DNA of 63,093 bases, filler included, from Octopus bimaculoides (taxonomy: Eukaryota): NCBI RefSeq assembly GCF_001194135.2. It is 3 parts of 2 records of this genome, joined end to end, with 100 filler letters (N's around TTAATTAATTAA, not from the genome) between each part and the next. Parts side by side here need not be neighbours in the genome. Positions count along the whole stretch, not along the records: positions 1 to 14,354 come from NC_068986.1; positions 14,455 to 41,089 come from NC_068982.1; 1 more part is not named here. The stretch is one strand, 5' to 3'. The notes under the pieces are model-generated. The model was given only the letters and a program-made list of their open reading frames with translations. It ran no database searches and was not told where the DNA came from. Every line of letters begins with the position of its first letter. The first letter of the stretch is position 1. The position numbers and the translations under genes are program-made. This document shows positions 13,030 to 24,590 of the stretch, one piece after another.

Positions 13030-13442
13030 TGCGTGCATAATTGCATGCGCGTGTTTGTGTTTTTTTAGGCATGAGTGTGGTGTCTGTGTGTGCATATGTG
13101 TATGTATATCGGCTTGTATGTGGGTGTGCGTGTATATGAAAGTGAGTGCGTGCGTGTGTGCGTGCGCGGATACGTGTGTGTGTATGTGTATGTACGTATA
13201 TCAATATTTTTCAATTCGCCATCCATTCGCAAATTTTGCGGTATAGTGTGCAAGGGAAATTACTCTGTTAAACACTATTTGATTGTTTCCCTTACATAAT
13301 GTCAATAGAGAAAGTTGGGGCGTCTGCAATGGAGAATTAGATATGGTATACATTCCGAGAATAAACGCTATATCTTCTCTTTCGCTCTGTCTTTTTCTCT
13401 CTCTCTGTCTTACCCTCTCTCTCTCTCACTCTCATTCTCTCT

Positions 13443-13490
<48 letters not shown>

Positions 13491-13523
13491 TTACTAGCAT
13501 ATATATGTGTGTATGTCTGTCTG

Positions 13524-13927
13524 TATTCTTTTATTCTTTTACTTGGTTCAGTCATTTGACTGCGGCCATGCTGTAGCACCACCTTCAGTCGAACAAATCG
13601 CCACCAGGACTTGTTCTTTGTAAGCCTAGTACTTATTCTATCGTTCCCTTGTGTCGAACCGCAAAGTTACGGGGACGTAAACATACCAACACCGGTTGTC
13701 AAGCGATGGTTGGGGGACAAACATAGACACACACACACACACACACACAAATATATATATTCTTCCAGTTTCCGTTTACTAAATCCACTCACAAAGCTTT
13801 GGTCGGTCCGAGGCTATAGTAGAAGACCCTCGCCCAAGGTGCCACTCGCCCGAGGTGCCACGCAGTGAGACTGAATCCGGAACCTTGTGGTTGGTAAGCG
13901 AGCTTCTTACCACACAGCCACACCTGT
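13524..13927 (-). mobile_element. Octopus-type tRNA-derived SINE with internal (CA)n
   Basis: The head GTGGCTGTGTGGTAAGAAGCTCGCTTACCAACCAC..GGTTCCGGATTCAGTC and the tail GTTTACGTCCCCGTAACT..GCATGGCCGCAGTCAAATGACTGAA recur many times in the window. Confidence 0.8.
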
Positions 13928-14031
13928 ATAAATAATTTCATAAAAGCCTTCACAGGTTTTCATACTCACTTCCACACATACGCATGAATAAGTACAGCAC
14001 ACGTATATTATACAGATATGTACAAATATAC

Positions 14032-14335
14032 GCGGTGCTGGTTTGTTTACGTCATCGTAACTTAACGGTTCGGTAAAAAACATTAGTCGATGGAATAAGT
14101 ATTAAGTTTAAACTTGTCGAGTATTGGGATCGGTTTTTTCGACTTAGAACTTCAAAGTGGTGCCCCAGCTTAGTCGCTGTCAAGGACTGTGTGGTAAGAA
14201 GCTTGCTTCCCAATCACATGGTTCCAATCACAACCGTGTGGTACTATGGGAAAGTGTCTTTTACTATAGCCTTGGGCCGACCAAAGCCTTGTAAGTGGAT
14301 TTAGTAGACGGAAACTGAAAGAAGCCCGTAGTATA
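14032..14335 (+). mobile_element. SINE tail and head fragments (same family as 13524-13927)
   Basis: Shared head and tail motifs. Confidence 0.7.
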
Positions 14336-14354
14336 TATATATATATATATATAT

Positions 14355-14454
14355 NNNNNNNNNNNNNNNNNNNNNNNNNNNNNNNNNNNNNNNNNNNNTT
14401 AATTAATTAANNNNNNNNNNNNNNNNNNNNNNNNNNNNNNNNNNNNNNNNNNNN
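14355..14454. other. Artificial 100-bp scaffold-join linker (N44-TTAATTAATTAA-N44)
   Basis: Exact 44+12+44 layout, repeated at 41090-41189; the 12-mer has stops in all six frames. Confidence 0.93.
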
Positions 14455-14800
14455 ATTACTGTACTCATTTCCAACCTTCACCTTACTGACAGCATCTCTG
14501 TACATGGCTCGCACAGCTCTCACTAACCATTCTTCTATCCCAAGTTTCCTCATTGACCACCAGATAAGGGATCGGGGGACCCTGTCAAAGGCTTTCTCCA
14601 TGTCAACGAAGGCCAGGTACAGAGGTTTATCCTTGGCTAGATATTTCTCCTGCAGCTGTCTCACTAGAAATATGGCATCAGTGGTGCTTTTACCTGACAC
14701 GAACCCAAATTGCATCTCATCTAAATTGATTTGCTCCCTAATTAGTTGGGCTATGACCCTCTCCGTAACTTTGTCCCACTGCATTACACCTTGGACATGT
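14455..14800 (-). mobile_element. RTE LINE reverse transcriptase fragment
   Basis: KVTERVIAQLIREQINLDEMQFGFVSGKSTTDAIFLVRQLQEKY..FVDMEKAFDRVPR. Confidence 0.95.
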
Positions 14801-16413
14801 GTCTTCTACTATAGCTCTGAACCGACCAATACCTTGCGAGTGGATTTGGTAGACAAAAACTGAAAGAGGTTCCTAGTATGCGTGTGTCTATATATGTATG
14901 CATGCATGACACTTCTTGTATGGTAGTTGTAAATGAGTGTCACTATCATGTGCACAACTTCATTCATTTCTAGTAATCTGCCAAATCATATTACAATTGA
15001 CGTTTTATATTTTGGAAGTTGAAGAAAAACTAGTGCCTAATTTAAAGTTGTGACCCAACAAACATTTTAAATATGAATCTAGTATTTTGTTATTGGAATT
15101 AAAACTATGCAGAAAAATGGATTATGCAATTTGCTTTCCATAGTGTAAATTAACCTTTTATGCTTATATCACCAAATTTCTTTTGATAATTAAAAAAATG
15201 ATATCTTCAGGATTTAAAGATAAGCTTTTTATTTTTGTTAATTCATTAGAAAGGCTTCACTAAAAATATTATTGTAAAATTAAATAAGTTTGTGGTTGCT
15301 GTGGATTTGTGAAATAAGTGGAGTAGTTTTTGTTTTTTTTTATGATACATTTATTATACATTCTATTATACTTTCATGATAACAGCTATTCAATTATTTG
15401 TTTTGTTTTATCAGCACTGAAGGATCCTCTGGCATTAATCCAAAACAAATCTTTATTGTTACACCTTAAATAGTTGATTAAGTAGTTCACATTAGAATCT
15501 TGACTCATGCATTGCATTCTGTCATTGAATAAAGAAATTAATCTGTTAATCTAATTTTAAAATGTGAACTAGCTTCACCATGCCTTGTGTTAAGTAACCA
15601 TCTAAAAAAAAAATGTGTAAAATGTGAATTCTAATTTTAAGAAAAGTGATATAAAAATATTCTCAATTTCTCGATAAAAATTTTTTAAAAACTGTTTTGT
15701 TTACCTTTTGCAAATGTGCATTTCATTAAGGTTATATGATAGTTTTATTTTTAGTACTGAAGTATTATGATATTAATTTCAAAGAGAAACTATTGTAATT
15801 GATATTTCTTAATTGTTTTCACTAAAGGTGCATCATTTGTCAGACACTGATCTTATATAGCTTATCTGGAAAATCAGTCAGTTTGTTGCAATTGTAAATA
15901 ATTCAAATATTTGATTGTTGAGGTTAGGAAAACCATATGAAGCATCTTCTCCAATTTCGTATTGCTTGTTTTTACATCCATTTTTTCCATACTGTCACAC
16001 ATCTGATTCCTCTTCTACCCTGTTTACTCTCATCCTCATTTGTACTTTTCTTATTGTGCACAGACATTAAACATCTAACAGACCATACTTATCATTTCTT
16101 TGCACACTTGCATCCTTTGCCTTCACTGCTGTGTTTTTGTAACCATGCAACATCACACTTTTTATTCTATTATCATACAATCTGTCCTTCAATGAGAGAG
16201 GTAATCACGTTTTTCTTTATGTTAGCAGGGATAATAACTATCTCCTAACTATTTCCATTTTGTTCTCATTCTGGTTGTTTTCAGACATTCTCCTCCACTG
16301 CTAATTTGGTCTCCTGCATGACAAGAATTTTTTTAGGGTACTCTCTGAGCATTTGAAAGAATTTATTTGCCCACTACTCCTTTGCATCTACTACTTATGA
16401 AGTCCTTTATATA

Positions 16414-17185
16414 CAGAGTGTTTGGGCTAAATTTGACAGTTTGCATAAAAGATAAAGAAAACATAATATCTGATCCAAAAATAAAAGTATTTTAAAAAAT
16501 AAAATATACCAACTAGCTGGGAAATAATAGTTTACTCAAAGTTGCTGCCTGCAGCTTCCACCATGATCTCAAGACAGCTCCTGAATCTAACACATGTGTT
16601 CCTCAGTGTGGCCCTGGGAAGATCTTAGCACCTCGTTGATCTTGATCACCAGCTGGCCTTGGTGTTGCAATTGCACCCCACATGTAGTAATCCATGGATT
16701 ACGACTGAGGAAATTAGGAGGCCACACATACGGCCTTCCAGCAGCAACCTTCTCCAACCAGAGATTGACCACAGTCTCCAGCAATATCACTTGGCCATCT
16801 GCATTGAGGTTAAGTCCCTGTTCAAAGATATAGGGTTGAATTCTGATGTGCAGACATAATTAGAATGCTTGCTGTGTCCCATCCTGTTGGCCATACCTTT
16901 ATAGTCTCAATTGTAGCTGTCCATGTCACATCTTACACCTTTACAGTGTTCACAGAGCAATGAGCAGTAGTCATGATGTCATTTTGATACCTGGCATGAA
17001 TCAGCATGATACAGGTAACTCTTTTCCAATAGCTTTCAGTCCTTCAAGTCAGCTAACTTTTTCTCAACTACAACCTTAATCTTTATGTTCTCCCTCACTG
17101 TTGACTGCTCACCAGTATATCAAGTTGTTCCCGAAAAAAGGAGAAATTAGAAAAAAAAAGAAAATCATTTAGTCCAAACACCCTT
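16414..17185 (-). mobile_element. Internally deleted Tc1/mariner-superfamily element
   Basis: TIRs CAGAGTGTTTGGGCTAAAT / ATTTAGTCCAAACACCCTT with TA flanks. The remnant WLEKVAAGRPYVWPPNF..NP resembles WPPxSPDLNP. Confidence 0.75.
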
Positions 17186-17303
17186 TACATCTATATATTG
17201 TTGCCTCTTTAAATGTTTAACACTGTGGCATAGTACAGTTGTGTGTGTGTGTGTGTGTGTGTGTAATGGATCTAAGTGCAGCTATACACCAACATGCGCG
17301 TGT

Positions 17304-17339
<36 letters not shown>

Positions 17340-17949
17340 GTATTAGCATTCTAACATTTGCCATGTTTGAGACTTTAGTGAGGTAAAATTTTCTATGGCT
17401 AGATGCCCCTTTCAGTGCCAATCTTGAATTATTTCTAAGGTAATTCCCTGTCTACCATCTATCAAACAACCAATAGCCCAGACTTGCTTTCACAGAGGAC
17501 TACAAACAAGTGATACCATTTGTACAAGTAGTGAACCGTTTGTTTACAATCAGTGAGCATATTAAGACAAGTCAATGAGCCTAGATATGCTTTTGCAGTG
17601 GACTGCTAACAAATGGCTCCATTTGCATAATCATTCAGGGTTTTGTTTACGATTAGCACAAACGAGAAGGTATGGGAAAACATGCACTGTCATTTGCATG
17701 CATAAGTATGGGAATGAAATTTGCTTAAGGGGTGCAAATCCAGGTCCAACCCAGGATGTCCAAAGCGTTTTCATTCCCCCCAAGATTTTTAGGGAGTGCA
17801 GTTGCATGTCTGCACTCCCTGTTCCTGAGTGTGTTTGTATACATGAACATATACATATACAACAAGCTTCTGCCACTTTCACTTGCAAAGTATTGGTTAA
17901 CCCATGCTAGAGCAGAACTTACCAACTAACAGTATTCTTGTAGTGCAAT

Positions 17950-18900
17950 TGAACCCTTAACTGCATGGTTCCAAAGTGCCCACGTCAAAATTCCAAGTTT
18001 GTACTACCCTGTTAGCCTATCATGCCAACCTCTTTTGGACTCCTTCCACTCTCGACATCTTCCATATACTCTAATCATTTCTTCATATACAGTTTTCATT
18101 CATTGTAAAACTAAATAACCTAGGTCTGTCTGACTGTATATGTATGGGATATATATTTTGCCATACTCTATTTTAACAGCTCTTATATCTGCTACCATTC
18201 TCAGTGCCTTCTCATTCACCATCATACCCCCACTCACTATAGCCACCCTCATGTATCTCTACATTCCCATTCTAAGTGTTCCTACCTACACTTTGCATGT
18301 CTACTTTCCAGTCTATTCTCTTACCTAACCTCCTCTCCATACTGATATTTCCCATGAACTGCATGTTTACCTTTGTTCATCATTCACTATATTCACCTCT
18401 ACCCCCATCTCAAACCATCTGTAACTTTCCTTTCACATTCTTATGAAATTAGCACCACCCCATCCACTCTCCATATCTTCCCTTATACTAACCTTCTTGT
18501 ACCTTGAGAGTTTACTTTGACACCCAATCACTACCATCTTTATCTTCCTAGCTACTCATACTTACCTTATATAATGTGTTGGGTAGCCATGTATCTCCTC
18601 TCTATGTAGCAAGACACGTGTACTTGTTCCTCTGTCATACTTTAGACTCTCAACACCTCAAATCTCTCCCCTCCCACTTAGTTGAGGTGGCTTTTACTTG
18701 TTCTTTTCCTGTCTTGCAAGTTGCTGGTGATCTCACTAGCACCACTGTTACAAAAAAAGCTCCCAATACACATTGTTAAGTGGCTGGTATTAGGAAGGGC
18801 ATCCAGCCACACAAACCATGTGAAAGCTGACATGGGAGTTCATTGCAGTTCTGTGGTTTGCCAGATGCCGTCAAATTGTCCAACCCATGCTAGCACAGAA
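17950..18900 (-). mobile_element. Degenerate RTE-associated 5' region and SINE/RTE tail fragments
   Basis: Purine-skewed tract resembling 27400-27700, followed by RTE 3'-tail motifs AGGAAGGGCATCCAGC..TCAAATTGTCCAACCCATGCTAGCA. Confidence 0.4.
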
Positions 18901-20444
18901 AATAGATATTTAATGAAGATAACAATCTCACACACACACAAACCTTATCTCTTATTACTTTCTCTCCATGACATCTATGTCCCCTTTTTATCATATCTCC
19001 TCTTGTCAATGCTACAGTTTGTTCTGAGGATGAAAGCCAGAGAAAAAAGCAGTAAAATGAGTTGCCTCAACAACTATTGTCTTTATGTGCATTTGCATGC
19101 ACACACACACACAGCTATGTCTGTCTGTCTGTCTATACAGAAAAACAGATGGGGGTAGTCAGCAAAAGAAGACAGAGTGACTTGGTCAGACTATGACAAT
19201 GTGGGGAATTGGACATTAAAATAATGACTTTATTTTAAAAGTTATCTGTACAGGTTTTCTATAGAAACTAGAGCAAGCACTGGAAGTTACTACATTTCAT
19301 ATACAAATACATCTATGTAAACAATGTGATCGAAGATAGAAAAATAGGTAATGGGTGTATTTGCATATTTCAAGAGTTCTTGCTCCTTTTTGAGCAACAC
19401 ATCCAAGCCATTAGTCACCCCTGGACACATTACTTAAATAGCCACCTAACAATGGTATATACCAATTTTACACATTAAACACATTCCTGGCAACTGGTAC
19501 ATGCATACTAATTGCTTGTAGGGACACCATATTTTGTTATGTGACCATAATATACTATAAAGTATATTGAAAGCTTTATAAACCAATACTTTGTCCTACC
19601 TGTGTTAGTAGTGCTATTCAGTCATGTGTTTGCAGTGTTATTCACTCACTTTTTTTAAAGTTATCTCTATAGATTTCCCATAGAAATTAGAGCCAAAACT
19701 GTAAGTTATGGTATTTCAAATACGAATATGTCTCTGTAAACAGTGCATTTGAAGATAGAAAAATAGGTAATGGGTGTATATGCATATTTCAGGAATTCTT
19801 GTTCCTTCTTTAGCACCTCATCCAACCTGTTTATCATCCATGAACACATTACTTAAATAGCCTCCAAATATAGCAGTGTTACACAATTGGATATACAAAT
19901 TTTACATATTAAACACAGGTGGGACACAGTATTGACTTATAATAACCTTTAATATATGTGGTAGAATATTATGGTTGCATTACAAAATATGGTGTCCCTA
20001 CCAGTTATTTATATTAAATAATGATGACAAAAATGTTAAAATAAATGAATGAATGCACATATTTGGTTGGTGGGGTGACCTAGCACACAAACATTTAACT
20101 GACCACTTTTTCATGACTAGCAGGTATCGTTTAGTGCTTTAATATTTGGTTGCAGTCTCAGCTCACGTACAATTTGTCTTTCGTGCAAATTAACACTGCA
20201 CATTCAAGAGATCATATTAAACCTAATTTTTAACATTCTTATTTTCTATTACACTGCTTTCTTGCATTGCCTGCATTCAATACTAATTTCTCGCTGCTAC
20301 CTAGTATCATACTATTTATGTATTTTTTTTTTTTTCAATGTGAAAATCTCAGTTACCAATCTTTTATGCTATCCTGCTGTACTGAGGTGATAAAAATTCT
20401 GTACTCAGAGCTTATTGTTTTCTAATTAAGACCATTGTGGTGTC

Positions 20445-22330
20445 ATCATCATCATCGTTTAACGTCTGCTTTCCATGCTGGCAAGGGTTGGATGGTTGAC
20501 TGAGGACTGGCAAGCCAGAAGGTTGCACCAGGCTTGACCATGCTCAAATGGTGCTTTTTACATGCCACCAGCATTGGCATCATCCATGCTCGAATGGTTC
20601 TTTTTATGTGCCAGGCAGCACTGGAATTGGCCATGACTATGATTTCACTTGACTCAACAGGTTTTCTCAAGCACAGCGTATAGCCCAACGATTGAAGGGT
20701 ACTTTTAAACGGGCCGGTTATGCGGCTCTGGTTTCGGCCATGGCTGCAGTCTCGCTTGGTATGCAGGTCTTCTCACGCACAGCATATCTCCAAAGGTCTC
20801 TGTTGCTTCTCATTGCTTCAGTGAGGCCCAACATCCGAAGGCTGTGCTTCACCACCTCATCCCATGCCTCCTTGGGTCTACTTCTTCCACGGATTCCCTC
20901 CATTGTTAGGGTGTGACACTTCTTCACACAACTGCTCTCATTCATACGCAACAGTGCAGTTATCTCTCTTGCACACCACATCTGATGCTTCTTATGTCCA
21001 ACTTTTCTCTCAGGATGCTTACACTCTGTCATGTATGCACATTGACATTGCACATCCAGCAGAACATACTAGCTTCTTTTCTTTGAAGCCTACACTTCCT
21101 CAGAAGTCGCAGCCCATGTTTCACTGCCGTATAGCAAGGCTGTTTGCACACATGCATCATACAGTCTACCTTTTACTCTGAGTGAGAGGCCTACTTCTAC
21201 CTGGAATTCTTCATTATACTTGTTGCCAACCCTCACCTTACTGACAGCATCCCTGTACATGGCTTGTACAGCTCTTACCAACTACTCATCTCTCCCTAGT
21301 TTCTGCATTGACCGCCAAGTAAGGGATCGAGGGACCATGTCAAAGCCAAGTACAGAGGTTTGTCTTTGGCTAGGAATTTCTCCTGCAGCTGTCTTACCAG
21401 AAATATAGCATCAGTGGTGCTTTTCTCTGGCATAAACTCAAACTGCATCTCATCTAAATCAACTCTCTCTCTAATTAGTTGGATTATGACCCTCTCCGTG
21501 ACTTTCATCACCTGATCCAACAATTTGATACCTCTGTAATTATTCCTATCTAATGTGTCACCTTTGACTATGGTGCTGCTACACCAGTCATTGGCTATGA
21601 CTCCTTCATGTATCACCTGGTTGACTATACAGGTGACTAGACTACAGCCTACACTGCCAGATATTTTAAGCATCTCTGTAGTGATTCCTGATGGGCTGAG
21701 GGCTTTCCCTGTCTTCATACCCTTAATTGCTTTATCTACCAAGGTACTATCAGTTTGAATAGCTGGGCCTTCTGTTGGGTCGACATTTGGCAACTCTTTT
21801 TCTCCTATTCATTCTCTTCATTTAGTAACCTTTCATAGTGGTGTCTCCAAGTCTCTCTTTTTGCAGCATCATTGAATGCAAATGAGCCATCATCCATGCA
21901 GACACATTTCTCTCCTGTAACATCATGATTATCTCTCACACACTGTCTTACAATATAGAACATTTCAAGTGTCTGGTCTTCACAATGCAGAACGTTGGGC
22001 AAATCTTTTCTTATCTGCTTCCCTTCTGGTTAAGTATATCTGTCTCCTAGCTTCCCTTCTGGTGATCTGATACTGTTCCCTGCTACCACTGCACTTCCAG
22101 TCCTTTCATGCCTGTTTCTTTTGCCTAATAGCCCTGTCAACTACATTGTTCCACCACCATGTTACTTTAGGTTGAGAGGACACTTTGCACCAGCCACACA
22201 TCTGGTCAGCCCTCAACAGGTTGTCCGATTGAAACCTCCAGTTGTCCTCCACATTATGTGACGCTATTTTTTCAATGTGTAGGATATTAATGCATTTTTT
22301 ACTTACAGCTAACTTCAAGTCTTGTTCCGT
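20445..22330 (-). mobile_element. RTE LINE copy, degenerate, internally deleted
   Basis: ORFs 21296-21793 (NYRGIKLLDQVMKVTERV..QFEFMPEKSTTDAIF), 21090-21281 (KGRLYDACVQTALLYGSETW) and 20718-21053, with a (CAT)n 3' tail at 20445. Confidence 0.93.
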
Positions 22331-22438
22331 ACCTACATCTAATACACTATTTTATCCTTTTGTAATTTGGAAGAATTCAATTACATTTTGATAAATTATA
22401 AAGATCTGTTGCTTTAAAACTTTCTTTTTTCTTTTTAG

Positions 22439-22508
22439 GAACCAATGAAATCCAGAGCTCCACAATTACATTTGGAATATAGGTTTTACAAACAGCTTGG
22501 TCAAGCAG
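22439..22508 (+). CDS. CSNK1G: Internal coding exon of casein kinase I gamma (gilgamesh orthologue); only this exon is visible in the window
   Basis: Acceptor ttctttttag|GAACCA and donor GCAG|gtaaat. The 70 nt encode [23 protein letters not shown](+1 nt), near-identical to [21 protein letters not shown] of CK1-gamma kinases. Confidence 0.93.
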
Positions 22509-22571
22509 GTAAATGCTTAAAACTTTTTCCTTAATTTCATTTGTTCAGTGATCCAGATATGTTATATGGAT

Positions 22572-22955
22572 ATCATCATCATCACCATCAATATCATATA
22601 TCTGTTTTCCATGCTGGTATGGGTTGGATGATTTAACTGAAAACTGGTATGCTGGGGAGCTGTACCAGGTTCCAGTCTGATTTGGCATGGTTTCTTTGAC
22701 TGAATGCCCTTCCCAATTCTAATCACTCCAAGAATGTAGTGGGTGCTTTTTACATGCTACTAACACAGGTGCCAGTTACGCAACACAGCACAACCACGAC
22801 TATGGTCTCACTTGGCTTGACAGGTCCTCTCAAGCATGGTATATCACCAAAGGTCTTGGTCACTTGTCACTGCCTCTGAAGCCTGACATTCGAATGGTGC
22901 CTTTTATTTGCCACTGGCACAGGTGTCAGTTATGCAACACTGGCATTGGCCATGA
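22572..22955 (-). mobile_element. SINE sharing the RTE 3' tail
   Basis: (CAT)n tail followed by TTTCCATGCTGGTATGGGTTGGATG, as at 20445. Confidence 0.75.
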
Positions 22956-23519
22956 CGAAAATTACAGATAACAGATTATAAATATTTTGGTCTATTTTTT
23001 AAGTAATATGATGTCCATTATTATCCTTCCTATTGTCCACTGTCTAGACCAAATATTGCAAGATAGTGGTGTCTGTTCATTTTCATAGTTGCGCAGTGGG
23101 GGCACTTGAAATTTGATCTGCATGGGTAAATGGTAAGAAACAAGAATATGTGAGATGGTTGGAATATAGTTTGCATTAAACAATGTGGAAAACAACTACA
23201 AATGTAAGTTAAAATATGCTCAACACAAAGTAAGAGGAAGCAAACAAACAAAAGTATTGACCTAGGAGGTATGCTGTTTGACATAACTATCAGTACCATT
23301 ATCATCACATCATCATTGTTCTTTTTCTTGCCTTTCTGTGGCTATGTTACTGTTAATATGCCTGCAGAAAAACTCTCTTTCAGCTAGTTCTGCTGGTTAA
23401 TCTAGAATATGCTGCAGGTTTTCTTTGCCTACCATTACTCATGTTATCATTTCTCAGAAGTTACCTTACATTTATTCACTTATATCTGAATCTATATCAT
23501 TATTCTGTTCTGCTTTCAA

Positions 23520-23870
23520 TTCTTTGAAGTGTTGTGGTTATATGACAGTTTTCCCATTTCTTTATATGGTTCTTTGCATTTTTATTGATCTCTGCAAGGT
23601 CTTTAGAGCTGCAGGAGTTGGGTAGTGTGGGCAGACAAGGTAGTGCTCCATATTATGGTCTCCTTCTTCACATTCAGAATTAGTTGGGCTGACAAAAACA
23701 ACTTTTAATTGTCCTGTTCTTCTCATATGGTTGAGTGTTTTCCACTGAATCCAGAAGGGATGTTTTCAGTAGTAGGGGGATTCCTGTGTCAGTTGGAGTA
23801 TAGTTTCTTTCTGAGAGGTTGTTAGGAGGTAGGCATAGTATTCATTGTGTTAAAAATATGTATCTATATC
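23520..23870 (-). mobile_element. I-group (Ingi/Nimb-like) LINE 3' relic
   Basis: Minus-strand WKTLNHMRRTG..SECEEGDHNMEHYLVCP resembles the CECG..QTMxHLLxCP C-terminal zinc knuckle. Confidence 0.5.
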
Positions 23871-24373
23871 NNNNNNNNNNNNNNNNNNNNNNNNNNNNNN
23901 NNNNNNNNNNNNNNNNNNNNNNNNNNNNNNNNNNNNNNNNNNNNNNNNNNNNNNNNNNNNNNNNNNNNNNNNNNNNNNNNNNNNNNNNNNNNNNNNNNNN
24001 NNNNNNNNNNNNNNNNNNNNNNNNNNNNNNNNNNNNNNNNNNNNNNNNNNNNNNNNNNNNNNNNNNNNNNNNNNNNNNNNNNNNNNNNNNNNNNNNNNNN
24101 NNNNNNNNNNNNNNNNNNNNNNNNNNNNNNNNNNNNNNNNNNNNNNNNNNNNNNNNNNNNNNNNNNNNNNNNNNNNNNNNNNNNNNNNNNNNNNNNNNNN
24201 NNNNNNNNNNNNNNNNNNNNNNNNNNNNNNNNNNNNNNNNNNNNNNNNNNAACTATCAGTTCACTGGATTCTATGTTACATTTTCAGAATGTAACTTTCG
24301 ATGTTGCTACAGGCACCAATCTGGTTTTTAGTAAGTTGCAAAAGATATGGTATTTGAATAAAATTTAGGTTAA

Positions 24374-24590
24374 CCCTTTAGCATTTAAACCAGCCATATC
24401 CGACCCAAAGATTGTACCTATTTTATGCTCAGACCAGCCAGATCTGGCTTTTCACACCTATCATACTATGTTATAAAAATAAACAATCACAGCATTAAAA
24501 TCTTGACACTATGAGATAATGCATGATTAATTCAAAACAATGTGAACAAATAAGCAATACATTTGACAGAGTAGTCTGAATGCTAAAGGG
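24374..24590. mobile_element. piggyBac-like MITE (217 bp); identical copy at 38790-39006
   Basis: TTAA|CCCTTTAGCATT ... AATGCTAAAGGG|TTCA. Confidence 0.8.

Noticed and set aside
14399-14410. TTAATTAATTAA as a homeodomain site or piggyBac target
   Set aside because: It is centred in exactly 44+44 Ns twice, so it is a synthetic linker.
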